From: a virus
Lineage: Duplodnaviria > Caudoviricetes
Strand: one strand, 5' to 3'
Length of the DNA stretch: 64,000 bases
Virus record (IMG/VR): IMGVR_UViG_3300020336_000004
Coordinates: 31,924-95,923 of that record
Shown here in pieces: positions 1 through 10,485 of this stretch (positions within the stretch are counted from its first letter, which is position 1; each line of letters begins with the position of its first letter). A program made the position numbers and the translations under genes. The notes under the pieces were generated by a model. That model did no database searches, was not told where the DNA came from, and saw only the letters and a list, made by a program, of their open reading frames with translations.

Positions 1-3000
1 TCAAGTTTACAATACCACTTACATCAAATGTGCCGCCTACTGCTGCACCTGTACTACTTTGATTGTAAACTTCAACACCGTCACTGATTAAAACAATTTT
101 ACCTGCTCCAGCTTGTGCAAAGCCACTACCGTTACCAATACTAATACCCGTACTATCTGCAGCCGCTGATTCATTAGCTGATTCAATAAAGTTTGTATAC
201 ATCCAGTCTGCCGCAACATAACCTTCGTTATTGAAAGTACTTGCCCCTTGGAATACACCTTGTGATAATCCAGTTTCGCCTACATCTAGATTACCTTTCA
301 TATTAACAGTTACGCCATTTTGGCTAGTATTGTTTGTACCTGTTGCTTCTAATATAGTTCCTTGTGCAGGTGTTTTAAAACTTAAAGTACCTCCACTTTC
401 ACTTAAAACAACCTGTGTATTTGTACCACCAATTACAAAAGCTTCAGCTTGTAAATGACCGCTATTGTTTCTTCTTGCAATAGTATTTGTTGTACTTCCT
501 ACACTAACACTTGTAGTACCGTATACTCCATCTGCTACTTGAATAAGTACTTTACCTATTAGTGCTGTACCTGAGGATGAACTAGGAATACTACTTGAAC
601 CCAATGCACCCGATGAGCTTCCGCTTAATTGGTTAGTACTATTAAATGTTCCTGATACTGAGTGTAATACAATTTTGTTTTCAGAAAATGTTTGACCTTG
701 TACAACACCATTTGCACCCGATGCTGCTTGTGTAATTGTTTCACCGTCTACAACACTTACTTCTCCTACTAATGTAAGGACTGTACCTGATTCTTGTATT
801 GCTTCGCTGTTTGTGAAATCATTATCTTGTAAACCAAAACCCTGATCTACCACAGTACTAAAGGCAATGTCACTTACATCTCCAGTACCTGTAGCACTTC
901 TACCAATAACTTTATCAGAGCCAATTTCTTGTATCTCGTTAAATATGATTCCGTGTTCTTTTACTCTTACATAACCACTTGATGTTTCAAAATTTTCATC
1001 ACTAAACTTAGCAAGTCCTAAATCTGCTTGTACTTTTGGTGTACTTCCTGACCAGCCTGTAGTTGCACTGCTTTCATCAAACGTATCTGCATTTTGTAAA
1101 TTTAATTTACTTTGAGATATTGCGGCAGTTGTTGAAACATCAGCATTCAATACACTATTTGCTTCAAGTTGTAAATTAATCTTAGCACCACTTGCATCAC
1201 GTGTAACACTTATGTTTACGTCACTTGCATTATCTTCTGGTGCGTTAGCAACTTCATCTACAGGCCCGTCTACAATAGTTGCTGTAGCAGTACTATTTGT
1301 AATTGATTCTGCATTTGCAAATACACCTGCTACAGGTGTATATGTTATAATACTTACACTACCTAATATAGAATCTGTTACTGCTTCTATATCAACAACA
1401 GTACCTGATTTACTTGCAACTGTGATAGTATCGCCAGCAACTATAGTTCCACCCGACGGAGGAGTAACATAAATTCTTTTCTTTCCTGTAACTACTAAAA
1501 TATCGCCTGCTGTGGGAGAGTTAAATTCTACGTTTCTTAAATCTTCTATCTCATCAAATGATTGTACTTTGCTATCTACATAATTTTTATTTGTAGCCGC
1601 ACTGCCATCACTTCCTGGTAATGCAACGTTAATAATTTTGTTTGATCCAAGTTGTAAGTCGCCTTCCATTTCGGTAATACCATTCAATGCAACTACACCA
1701 GTACCAAGTCTGTTACCTGTTGGCGATGCTTGTACTTGGTTACCACTTGCATCTAGTCCTAATCTTCTTGTCAAGTAAGATGCTACTGCTTTTTCTGTAG
1801 GTACTGCTTGTCCTGAATCATCAGCGAAACTATCATCTGAACTAAATTCATTAATAGTAACACCCTTTTTAAATCCTAAACTGTTTGCATTTGTAATACC
1901 AATCTCACCAGCAAAACTAATATCACCAGTTGCTTGGTCGACACTAAAGAACTTACCAACACGGAAGAAACCAAATTGGTCTGTACTTACAAAGAATACT
2001 CTACCTTTTCGTCTTTCCCAAACTTGAGATGACGTAGCTGTTGGTGAATCAGTGTAAAAGTCTGCAATATTATTTTCAGGATCACCTAAAATAACATTTG
2101 GATAGTTTGAATCGTTATATGATCCTGTACCAATTTGTGTAAAGTCATGTCCTGTTGCACGTAGTAATGAAATAGCAATCGTAATTTCTGCGGTTGACGC
2201 TTTTGGCAATCCTGCAAGTAATGTTCCGCCTGCACTTGTAAATGCTTCGGCTAACCCTGTACCACCATAAGAGCTAATATTTGTACTAGAAACATCTGTG
2301 AATGTTATAATAGCATATAGATTAGGTGATACACCTTGACCACCAGTATAACTTGTAACTTGGTGTGTTTTACCTTTGTGTGTAAATATCATACCGCCGG
2401 CGTAACCACCTGCTCCAGGTTGCAATCCTGCAATATCTCTCAATAGTCTAGTCTGACTAGTAGTATCAAGTTCTGCAATAGCAAGACTTGTATTACCTTG
2501 AGCACTACCGTTGCCGCTGCCTATATTTGCACCTGAAACTATAAGATTAATAAACTCAAAGTTTGTTTCAAATGTTGCTTGAATTTCGTCTGCTTGTAAT
2601 GCTATGTTTACATCATTAGTTGCACTAAACCCAATACTTCTGTATGTAGTATCGTCACTTTCGTCAAAGTTAATAGCAGTACTTGGTCTTGTTACAATAC
2701 TTGTAGGATTGTTTACTCTTTCAAACTGTTGATTTAAGTTATGTTTAAATTCAATCATACTATTATTAGTAACAGTACCTCTCAAAGTACCAAAGAAATT
2801 ATCTGCAACAATATCGTCAGATCTAAGATCTAACTTATAAATTGCATTACTGTGTACATTACCTGATGCTCCAAATATTGATCCAACGTCAAATGTAATT
2901 GCAGTACCTGTGCCTCCAATTTGTGATGCTGCTACTGTTACGGTTTGTGCTGCGGCATATCCTTCACCACATGCTGTTACTGTTACAGCAGGTTGTCCTG

Positions 3001-6000
3001 TGCCGTCAATAGTAACTTGGAATCGTCCGCCAGTTTGTCCTGAACCAGTTACACTAAACGAACTAACATCGTATGTTCCTGGTGTTCTAGCCGCGTCTGC
3101 TCCACTAATATTAGTTACTGTATTAATACCAGTAACTACTATGTCGCCTGCTTCACCTAACGTACCGTCACCGTCCACATCACTTAGGTTTGTAACCTGT
3201 GAAATAATATAATCTAAACTTCCTGTAGATCCGCCATGATGGATAGTTAATTTACTATTTCCTGTAGGAGCAACTTTTGCATCTGTTACTGTAAGTGTGT
3301 TTGATTCAAATGCGTTTGTATAAGTTGAATCTGTGTATGCTTTTACAGGTTGAACCATGTCATTCAATAATATAACTTGATCAGGTACTTCATTAGGATC
3401 AGCACCTTCAGCTATCAAACCAAAGTTACCATAACCGTTTGAACCGTTTAGTGATCTAATTTCAGAACCGTTATTTGCATAGTATGCCGCTTGACAGTAA
3501 TATGTAAACATACTAACCATCTCAGAAAAAGCACCATTGTTACAAACAAGTCCATATCCTAAATCATTAATTTGTGTAAAGTCGTTACCAAGTATACTTC
3601 TGTTACCAGCTGTTTGTAAGAATACATCTCGTGCTACAGTACCCGGATTAACATCAAACTGGCTTTCGTCATAACCTGTTCCTGCATTTGATCCTGCATC
3701 TAGATAAAGTGTAGCAGTACCTTGTCCACTATCGTAATCTGATATAGCGTTAACTTGATATCTACGTCCGTCAATATAAAAAGGACATGGTAATTGAGGT
3801 TCTCTAATACGTAAACCTTGACCAACTGGACTTCGTACATTTAGTCTAAAATTATTTGTTTTTGTTTCAATTGAAATAGGTAAGTTACCAACAAATGCAT
3901 CACAGTAAATACCACCAGCAAATATTTTTTTATTTTCACTTTTACTAAAACTCGAACCTGTTTGAATGTAAGGAGATTTAGTTAGTACTTGTCCATCTGG
4001 ATCTAACACTAACATAAATCCACCGTGTCCTTGCACAGTAATATTACGTAGTATAGTTGCATCATTCATCATGAATACATCCATCTCGTCGTTACGTAAA
4101 GGTGGATTATATTCTACATTAAATGCAAAATTAATAGTGTCAATTAAGTTACCTACAATAGTAACTGTTCCAGATTCACCTGCACCGTTTCTTAAGTCTG
4201 GCGCAATTGAACCAGAGTATGAAGGAGCAGAGCCTGTAAGTAATGAAGAAGCTAGTGTACTAATATGACTAATGGCTGCTTCAGTTGCAACTTCTTGCGT
4301 ACTATCACCTAATGCACCTGAATAATACTCTCCCTGATTTTCTAATGCTTTTTCAATTCCACCTACTGTAAGATCATGTGATAGTCCGTCTACAATTATT
4401 CCTGTATCTCGTCTACATTTTGTTTCGTTATATACTAGTGTTGAAAAGTTAGTTGTTAGATATTGTATAACTTCTTCTTTAATAAACTCTTTATTTTCTT
4501 GTAAAATAAATGCTGAGTTAGGATAATTACCAACGTTAGTAACTGACGGACCTACGTTAACAGGTCTATCAGGTCTAAGTGAATAATGATATCCAAAGAA
4601 GCCTTGTTCCACACCTGTTTGGTTTATAAATCCTAAACCTTCTGATGCAAGAGTTAGTCCATCAAATGTTTTGTCTCTGTAAAAATATGTGTTTGCATAT
4701 TTAGATTGTGAAATTCTATTTTTTGGTCTAATAATTACACGTCTAAATTCGTCCCCTTTAATGGATACGTTTGCTGCGATTTTAATTGGATAATCTTCAT
4801 CATAAAAACCTGACTCAAGATGTATTGTTATTTGTTTCTGCTTAACATAGTTTCCGTATGTTATTTCTTCACCTACTTCAAACTCAATAGGCTCTAACAA
4901 GTGTAATTGTATAGTATCGTTGTTACTTTCAGTTCCGTCATTAGTTGTTAAACTTACTACTCTACCTATTGCTCCAGACCTTTTACCAACTATAACTTTA
5001 CCTGGCAAAATATCAACATTATCAGATTTACCTTGGTCAACTGCTGTAAGCCCACCATTATCCATCACAACTTTAAATGTGCTTCCATAAACAACATCTG
5101 CACCTACATCAATACCATTTTGAATAATATTAGTTAATAAATTAAACTTAGCAACAACTGCTCCTCTTTCTGCAACTCCTGCATTACCGCCTACAGTATC
5201 AAAGTACTGGCTTTCATCTGATTGGTATCTTAAATCAATAGTACCGCCTGACACATAGTTTGTAAATCCACTTGTATCATATGCCGTTGTTAATGCTGAA
5301 TCAGTAAATATTTCAAAGGTTGTTGGTGTTAATACTTTGACATATTTAATTTGATTATTAATTTCAGTCATACCAGTTACACTTGCAAACCTAACTTGGT
5401 TGCCGTTAACTAGTCCATGATCAGTTGAAGTAGTTACTACAGGTATTGTAGCTTCTGTAATGTCTGTAATATTTTTCTGTTGTAATCCAGTGTTTTGTAA
5501 TGCAACCTCAACAAAGTCTCTTAACTTATTAAACGATGCAACTGTTTCAGTAAGCTGTGATGTTATAGCTTTTCTACCACTCACACCTGAATAGTATCTT
5601 TCTGCTGCTAAACGTGTAAGAAAGTTAGCATTTAATCCTCTATTAATATCTAATGCTATTGCATCAAGTACTTTACCTAAATCTCGTTTACAAGTTTTAG
5701 TATTGTACACATAATTAGGATATGTAAATTTAATAAAAGCAGAAACTTCATCAATAAGATATGTTCTGTTGTTATCTATAAGTTTACGTGCTTGTTCGTA
5801 AACAGGTGAATTTACTGCTGAAGTAGTTGTAGTAGAATTAGTAGCACCATTGTCTTTAGTAATTGTTTGGAAGTAAGGACCTGCTTCTACTGGTGCAGTT
5901 TTAATTAATTCTTCTGCTCTACGTGCGGCCGCATTTACAGTTCTAAATGCATATGAATAACTTGTACCTTCTTTTCCTGGAGGTACTCCAGCCATTGTAT

Positions 6001-7072
6001 CGTCACCAGTAGTACTTACAAATAAATTTTCTGGTGAACTATAACTTGTATTATCTACATAAAATTTTGTTGCGGCTTGTAAATCTTCTTTGTTTGTTGA
6101 AAGTCCTGCAAGGTCCCCTGGATGGTCGTGCAATGTTAATGCACCAGTCATTGTATCGCCTTGACGTCTAGTTATTCCATCTCTCGGAACACCAACGTCT
6201 GATAAGTAAAAACCTTCTAAGGTAGAATCATATCCTGCATCAACAAACGAGTGGACGTCATCTGATGCAATACTACCTGTAATAAAAATTCTACTAGTAT
6301 CTGCCGCTGTTTGATCGTCTACTATTGCTTGAGCTTTTGTTGCATGTACAGTAAATGTATTATCATTTTTGTATCGTAAGAAATAAGTAGTTCCGCTGTC
6401 AAGGTTTGTTGGCTCTGTATCTTCTGCAATAAATTTGAATGGCAATCCGTTAATAGTAGTATCATAACCATGACCAACTACTTCTGGGTTACCACTTACA
6501 TATCTTGAAATAGTAAGCGTGTATCCGGTAGCATTGGCTGGTTCGCTTTGTAATCTAATAGGTAAGTTAGAGCTAATATATCTTGTGTCAGCATAACCTT
6601 TAGAAATAACTAAATCATTGATAGATATGCTAGTACCATGTTGATTGTTAAAGTCTGTAACTGCCGCTTCTGAAACTGAAACATTACCAATAGCTCTATT
6701 CAATGCGTCTAATGGCCCACCCATTTGTGGTTTTGTATCGTCTGCTACTTTTGTAAACGCACTGGATATAATTAGTTTTCCGCTTTGACTATAACTAAAT
6801 GTAATAGTATCTGCGGCATTTGAATCTAATGCATTATTACTTGCAAGGGTAACAAGTTGTACATTTCCGCCAGTACTATCAACTAACGGTATTGTGTTTG
6901 GTGTTAAACTATTTGGTGTGTCACTTAGTGTTGTAAAACTAATTTGACCGCCTTGACCAAATACTGCGTATAGTTCTGTAAAGTTTTCATTGGTTTTCTT
7001 AAACGACTCACGAATACTATCGCCTGTACCGTCATTACCCTCTACACCAATATTAATTCCTTGTCTTGCCAT
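1..7072 (-). CDS. Giant virion structural protein (tail fibre/baseplate-associated), >2350 aa, truncated at the window edge
   Basis: Absent from the ORF track because it has no stop in the window. ATG at 7072 gives MARQGINIGVEGNDGTGDSIRESFKKTNENFTELY, a T4 gp9/gp10-like N-terminal motif. Internal beta-helix-like segments (YVS..GDD-type, IKGDEFRRVIIRP, SPYIQ). Frame spot-checked and still open at nt 1-60. Confidence 0.85.
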   Translation of the reverse strand, partial: MARQGINIGVEGNDGTGDSIRESFKKTNENFTELYAVFGQGGQISFTTLSDTPNSLTPNTIPLVDSTGGNVQLVTLASNNALDSNAADTITFSYSQSGKLIISSAFTKVADDTKPQMGGPLDALNRAIGNVSVSEAAVTDFNNQHGTSISINDLVISKGYADTRYISSNLPIRLQSEPANATGYTLTISRYVSGNPEVVGHGYDTTINGLPFKFIAEDTEPTNLDSGTTYFLRYKNDNTFTVHATKAQAIVDDQTAADTSRIFITGSIASDDVHSFVDAGYDSTLEGFYLSDVGVPRDGITRRQGDTMTGALTLHDHPGDLAGLSTNKEDLQAATKFYVDNTSYSSPENLFVSTTGDDTMAGVPPGKEGTSYSYAFRTVNAAARRAEELIKTAPVEAGPYFQTITKDNGATNSTTTTSAVNSPVYEQARKLIDNNRTYLIDEVSAFIKFTYPNYVYNTKTCKRDLGKVLDAIALDINRGLNANFLTRLAAERYYSGVSGRKAITSQLTETVASFNKLRDFVEVALQNTGLQQKNITDITEATIPVVTTSTDHGLVNGNQVRFASVTGMTEINNQIKYVKVLTPTTFEIFTDSALTTAYDTSGFTNYVSGGTIDLRYQSDESQYFDTVGGNAGVAERGAVVAKFNLLTNIIQNGIDVGADVVYGSTFKVVMDNGGLTAVDQGKSDNVDILPGKVIVGKRSGAIGRVVSLTTNDGTESNNDTIQLHLLEPIEFEVGEEITYGNYVKQKQITIHLESGFYDEDYPIKIAANVSIKGDEFRRVIIRPKNRISQSKYANTYFYRDKTFDGLTLASEGLGFINQTGVEQGFFGYHYSLRPDRPVNVGPSVTNVGNYPNSAFILQENKEFIKEEVIQYLTTNFSTLVYNETKCRRDTGIIVDGLSHDLTVGGIEKALENQGEYYSGALGDSTQEVATEAAISHISTLASSLLTGSAPSYSGSIAPDLRNGAGESGTVTIVGNLIDTINFAFNVEYNPPLRNDEMDVFMMNDATILRNITVQGHGGFMLVLDPDGQVLTKSPYIQTGSSFSKSENKKIFAGGIYCDAFVGNLPISIETKTNNFRLNVRSPVGQGLRIREPQLPCPFYIDGRRYQVNAISDYDSGQGTATLYLDAGSNAGTGYDESQFDVNPGTVARDVFLQTAGNRSILGNDFTQINDLGYGLVCNNGAFSEMVSMFTYYCQAAYYANNGSEIRSLNGSNGYGNFGLIAEGADPNEVPDQVILLNDMVQPVKAYTDSTYTNAFESNTLTVTDAKVAPTGNSKLTIHHGGSTGSLDYIISQVTNLSDVDGDGTLGEAGDIVVTGINTVTNISGADAARTPGTYDVSSFSVTGSGQTGGRFQVTIDGTGQPAVTVTACGEGYAAAQTVTVAASQIGGTGTAITFDVGSIFGASGNVHSNAIYKLDLRSDDIVADNFFGTLRGTVTNNSMIEFKHNLNQQFERVNNPTSIVTRPSTAINFDESDDTTYRSIGFSATNDVNIALQADEIQATFETNFEFINLIVSGANIGSGNGSAQGNTSLAIAELDTTSQTRLLRDIAGLQPGAGGYAGGMIFTHKGKTHQVTSYTGGQGVSPNLYAIITFTDVSSTNISSYGGTGLAEAFTSAGGTLLAGLPKASTAEITIAISLLRATGHDFTQIGTGSYNDSNYPNVILGDPENNIADFYTDSPTATSSQVWERRKGRVFFVSTDQFGFFRVGKFFSVDQATGDISFAGEIGITNANSLGFKKGVTINEFSSDDSFADDSGQAVPTEKAVASYLTRRLGLDASGNQVQASPTGNRLGTGVVALNGITEMEGDLQLGSNKIINVALPGSDGSAATNKNYVDSKVQSFDEIEDLRNVEFNSPTAGDILVVTGKKRIYVTPPSGGTIVAGDTITVASKSGTVVDIEAVTDSILGSVSIITYTPVAGVFANAESITNSTATATIVDGPVDEVANAPEDNASDVNISVTRDASGAKINLQLEANSVLNADVSTTAAISQSKLNLQNADTFDESSATTGWSGSTPKVQADLGLAKFSDENFETSSGYVRVKEHGIIFNEIQEIGSDKVIGRSATGTGDVSDIAFSTVVDQGFGLQDNDFTNSEAIQESGTVLTLVGEVSVVDGETITQAASGANGVVQGQTFSENKIVLHSVSGTFNSTNQLSGSSSGALGSSSIPSSSSGTALIGKVLIQVADGVYGTTSVSVGSTTNTIARRNNSGHLQAEAFVIGGTNTQVVLSESGGTLSFKTPAQGTILEATGTNNTSQNGVTVNMKGNLDVGETGLSQGVFQGASTFNNEGYVAADWMYTNFIESANESAAADSTGISIGNGSGFAQAGAGKIVLISDGVEVYNQSSTGAAVGGTFDVSGIVNL

Positions 7073-7073
7073 C

Positions 7074-7454
7074 TTAGTTGAGCTCCGTTATCTTTTCATT
7101 GTTTTGTTCAACGCTAGTCATGTCAAAGTTTACACTTACTCCACAACCACATGCACTTTGAGCATTTGGATTATTAATTACAAATTGTGTTTGGAATACG
7201 TCTCTACTATAGTCTATTTCAGATCCAAACAAATACATTAAACTAGTAGAATCAATAACAAGTTTACCATCTCCACAGTTAACTATTTCGTCATTAACGC
7301 CAACATCATTTTTTTCACACATATCCCATTCGTACTCAAACCCTGCACAGCCACCGCCTTTTAAACCTAAATGTACTGCGAAATGCTTAGGCTCTACACT
7401 GCATAGCTCGTTTATCTTATCTTTAGCTGACTTTGTTATAGTAATAGGTAACAT
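7074..7454 (-). CDS. iscA: IscA/SufA/HesB A-type Fe-S carrier
   Basis: GGGCAGFEY and NPNAQSACGCGVS motifs. Confidence 0.92.
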   Translation of the reverse strand: MLPITITKSAKDKINELCSVEPKHFAVHLGLKGGGCAGFEYEWDMCEKNDVGVNDEIVNCGDGKLVIDSTSLMYLFGSEIDYSRDVFQTQFVINNPNAQSACGCGVSVNFDMTSVEQNNEKITELN

Positions 7455-7515
7455 ATGTGCTCCTTAATTATATGTATTTATCGGATCGTTTTATAATCTT
7501 AATGTAAATATAGTT

Positions 7516-7803
7516 ATGTATATTAAAGAATTCAAAAAAAAGAGTTGGCATGAACGTGCAAGTAAATGCGGACATAAACATAGGTATGTACGCGAAAGCA
7601 CATATGTTGTTCTAAGATGTGACAACTGTGGTGTAGAGTTTGAACGTGCAAGAGGTAGTATGGATCCTAAAAGAATATCAAACAATTACTTTCATGTATG
7701 TAAGAACTGTGATGCAAAGGTATTTGCACAGAAAAAAGGCATTGAACGTAAACAAATTTGGGATATGCCTGCGTCCAGTGCCTTAGATATCAGCAAAATC
7801 TAG
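7516..7803 (+). CDS. Hypothetical protein with CxxC pairs (probable Zn finger)
   Basis: CDNC...CKNC; TAAATA 5 nt before the ATG. Confidence 0.7.
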   Translation: MYIKEFKKKSWHERASKCGHKHRYVRESTYVVLRCDNCGVEFERARGSMDPKRISNNYFHVCKNCDAKVFAQKKGIERKQIWDMPASSALDISKI

Positions 7804-7964
7804 TTTTCTTGTTTCCAAATAGTCCATGCACCGTATGCAATAGCGGCATATGCGGCTAACTTAGCAAAAGGCCCTGCAATTAATACGATAACACCAACAA
7901 CAATTAGTGCGGCTCCGTCCCAAGATGTACGTTCATCTAATCTATTTTTAATCCAGTTTCTCAT
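7800..7964 (-). CDS. Small membrane protein (54 aa), possibly holin-like
   Basis: Not in the ORF track. MRNWIKNRLDERTSWDGAALIVVGVIVLIAGPFAKLAAYAAIAYGAWTIWKQEN; AGGAG RBS upstream. Confidence 0.75.
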   Translation of the reverse strand: MRNWIKNRLDERTSWDGAALIVVGVIVLIAGPFAKLAAYAAIAYGAWTIWKQEN

Positions 7965-8053
7965 ATTATTCTCCTATTAAGAGTTCATTTTAATGTCTCT
8001 TATATGCATATTTAGTTAAATATATACTGCCAACGCTAATATTAGGAGAAATT

Positions 8054-8290
8054 ATGTTTAATTGGTTTAAAAAACTTTTGGGTTTTGGAACAGTAACAAA
8101 CGTTGTAAACGAAGTGTTACCTGAACCTAAGCAACCTATTAAAAAAGTTGCAGTAAAAAAAGCTGATCTTGCAAAATTAACTAAAGATAAACTCGAAGCA
8201 TTTGCTAAAGAGAATTACGAAGTTGATATTGATAAGAGAAGAAAGAAAGACGACTTAGTTAAAGAAGTCTTTGCATTATCTAAGAAATAG
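8054..8290 (+). CDS. Hypothetical basic protein, possible HeH/Rho-N-like nucleic-acid-binding C-terminus
   Basis: AGGAG RBS; LTKDKLEAFAKE...KKDDLV pattern. Confidence 0.65.
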   Translation: MFNWFKKLLGFGTVTNVVNEVLPEPKQPIKKVAVKKADLAKLTKDKLEAFAKENYEVDIDKRRKKDDLVKEVFALSKK

Positions 8291-8591
8291 ATTTTAAAGA
8301 ATTTAGTTTATTAATAGCAGATTCACAGCGAGCCAGTTTACGTTCTAAAACATTAATTGCGCCTCGCTGTTTCTTTATCTGCTCTTCTAAGCTATTTACA
8401 TATCGATGACTAGGAACTCTTTGTTCTAACCCATCTTCTGATACCATTACGAAATGATCAACACCTTGTCCTTTAAGACCACCCGCTATGCGGTTAGGAT
8501 TTTTTGTTGATACGTTTTCATGCGTTTTCGAGCTTACGTTCTTGCTGTTGTACATTCTGTTTAAATAGTTCATAGTGTTCCTTTGCGTCAT
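8280..8591 (-). CDS. Hypothetical protein with C-terminal coiled coil
   Basis: ORF track; TATAAATA just upstream. Confidence 0.6.
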   Translation of the reverse strand: MTQRNTMNYLNRMYNSKNVSSKTHENVSTKNPNRIAGGLKGQGVDHFVMVSEDGLEQRVPSHRYVNSLEEQIKKQRGAINVLERKLARCESAINKLNSLKSIS

Positions 8592-9612
8592 AATATTTAT
8601 ACAAGTCTATACTTGCTAGATTTTTACATTTAGATTCACACATGATATCTGCATAAGGTAAAAATGACAGTGCCCAATCATTAACAAGTTGATTAGGATA
8701 GTAATCGCTGTGAGCTCGTAATTTAGCTTTCTTATAACCTGCCTCTAATAATGTATTCATATCGGGCATAGTGTCGTGTGCAAAGTCTGCAGGTAGATGT
8801 TCGTCTCTACTGTAAGAATAATGTATTGCTGGACGTACACCACGCCACGAATCTATTACGCGAGTAAATCTATCGTCGGTGGGTAATATGTATTCACCTT
8901 CACGGCACCAGTGATGGTGTATGTCAAGTACGAGAGCACAGGTGTCGACAAGTTCAAGACTTGCGTCGATGCCCCATTTGTTCTCGTCATTTTCGATTGT
9001 AATCGTGTTTCTCGCTTCTGGAGAAAGTCTCTTGTTGACAACGTGCTTGATACCGGCTGGACCTTTACGACCGGATATGTGGACATTGCACTTGAAGTCT
9101 TGGAATGTTTGGCCGTAGCCCATCCATCTGATGCAATCAACATGATATTCAAACTCCTCTATTGATCTTTCGACGATATCATCGTTGTCACTGGCCAGTA
9201 CTGTAAACTGACCGGGATGCATCGATAATCTGACATCGAGGGCTCTTGCTGTTTCTCCGACTTTTCTAAATGCTTTTTCAGCGAATGCACGTACATCATT
9301 ACGCTTCCAATAATAACTCCAATCAGACTGGGTATAAACAGGAAGCACATCACTACCCAATCGTACCATCCGAAGTTCAGGGGGAAGTTCTCCAACATAT
9401 TTTATTAACCTTTCATATGACGCAATGTTATGGACCATAATGTCCCATAAGCGTTCTTCAGCAACGTCGCGTGTCTGTCTATTCAGCCACTGTACAGTAG
9501 TGCTTCGAGTATTTAGCGGTCGCTGTATTTCCTCAAGTAATTTCTTTTTTTGTGTTTGGTCAGGATGCATGTACTTACATGCAAAGCCTATACGTTTAAT
9601 GTCCGTGTCCAA
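8518..9612 (-). CDS. uvsE: UV-damage endonuclease (UvsE/UvdE)
   Basis: IGFACK, RLSMHPGQF, IENDE, LVLDIHHH, AHSDY, MCESK motifs. Confidence 0.93.
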   Translation of the reverse strand: MDTDIKRIGFACKYMHPDQTQKKKLLEEIQRPLNTRSTTVQWLNRQTRDVAEERLWDIMVHNIASYERLIKYVGELPPELRMVRLGSDVLPVYTQSDWSYYWKRNDVRAFAEKAFRKVGETARALDVRLSMHPGQFTVLASDNDDIVERSIEEFEYHVDCIRWMGYGQTFQDFKCNVHISGRKGPAGIKHVVNKRLSPEARNTITIENDENKWGIDASLELVDTCALVLDIHHHWCREGEYILPTDDRFTRVIDSWRGVRPAIHYSYSRDEHLPADFAHDTMPDMNTLLEAGYKKAKLRAHSDYYPNQLVNDWALSFLPYADIMCESKCKNLASIDLYKYYDAKEHYELFKQNVQQQERKLENA

Positions 9613-9763
9613 AGTGTACCCCAGTAAAATATCCTATTACTAATGACAATGGTATAATAATTAATAAATCTGTTAACCAATGTAGTGCGATAGCAAGAGA
9701 TATAATTTCTTTCCAGTGTAATTTGCATACATCTGCCCAGTGTTTTATACGTTTTGTTATCAT
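9596..9763 (-). CDS. Small membrane protein
   Basis: Hydrophobic C-terminal half; start moved to MITKR, downstream of a TTGACA-17-TATAAT promoter. Confidence 0.6.
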   Translation of the reverse strand: MITKRIKHWADVCKLHWKEIISLAIALHWLTDLLIIIPLSLVIGYFTGVHFGHGH

Positions 9764-10485
9764 AAATTTTTCAATAATTTCCATGTTTCATTGTAATCTT
9801 TTATATTATAACACATTCCTAAGTCCTTGTCAATGATTTCTTTTTTGAGAGGATAGTCATTTCCTGCAGGGTCCATTCTATCTCCAAAGAAATGTATTTC
9901 ATCTCTAGGATCAAAGTCAACTAGAATTTGACTTTTATCTTTACCTTTGGGTGAGATATCAATACCTGTTTCTCCTCCTGGTCTAGCAATTAAATGATCA
10001 AATTGGTTATTAAATAATTCTGCAATTATATTTCGTTCGTTATGTTCTTTATCGTATTTTACATACAGTTTACGTTCACCTAATGTAGCATTACGTCCTA
10101 CAATACTAAAGTTAATCATACCGGGTCGTTCTTCAATGTGTAGACCAGTGCGTAATGGAAAAGAACTTTCTTCTAATTTATCTTCTAACCACGATCTTTC
10201 AAATAAAGATATTTTCCATTCATCTGATCTAATATGTGTTTCACCTTCCCAAATATCACTACCTGAACAGTTGTATACACGTTTAGTAAGACTATAAATT
10301 TCCTCACCTATCTGTTCTATAGTTTTTTCTTTGTCGCTTCCTGTAACAAGATACACATCATTCTCAGCACAGAAGTTACTAAAGAACACAGCAAAGTCAC
10401 TGTCAATTACTTGACGACTTGGTGTTAGTGTACCATCAACGTCAAATATATAATGTTTTTTTACTTCCAATTTTCTACTACCCAT
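9760..10485 (-). CDS. HAD-IIB phosphomannomutase-like enzyme
   Basis: FDVDGTLT, VTGSD, EERPGMINFS, GGETGIDI, FFGDRMDPAGND; start uncertain. Confidence 0.85.
   Translation of the reverse strand: MGSRKLEVKKHYIFDVDGTLTPSRQVIDSDFAVFFSNFCAENDVYLVTGSDKEKTIEQIGEEIYSLTKRVYNCSGSDIWEGETHIRSDEWKISLFERSWLEDKLEESSFPLRTGLHIEERPGMINFSIVGRNATLGERKLYVKYDKEHNERNIIAELFNNQFDHLIARPGGETGIDISPKGKDKSQILVDFDPRDEIHFFGDRMDPAGNDYPLKKEIIDKDLGMCYNIKDYNETWKLLKNL

Noticed and set aside
231-7241. Plus-strand ORFs in the track (231, 1212, 2910, 4071, 6990)
   Set aside because: Antisense shadows of the giant minus-strand gene and iscA; the same applies to most short plus-strand ORFs elsewhere.
7531-7545. A AAA AAG slippery site near the start of the Zn-finger ORF
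   Set aside because: The -1 frame stops after a few codons; probably chance in AT-rich DNA.
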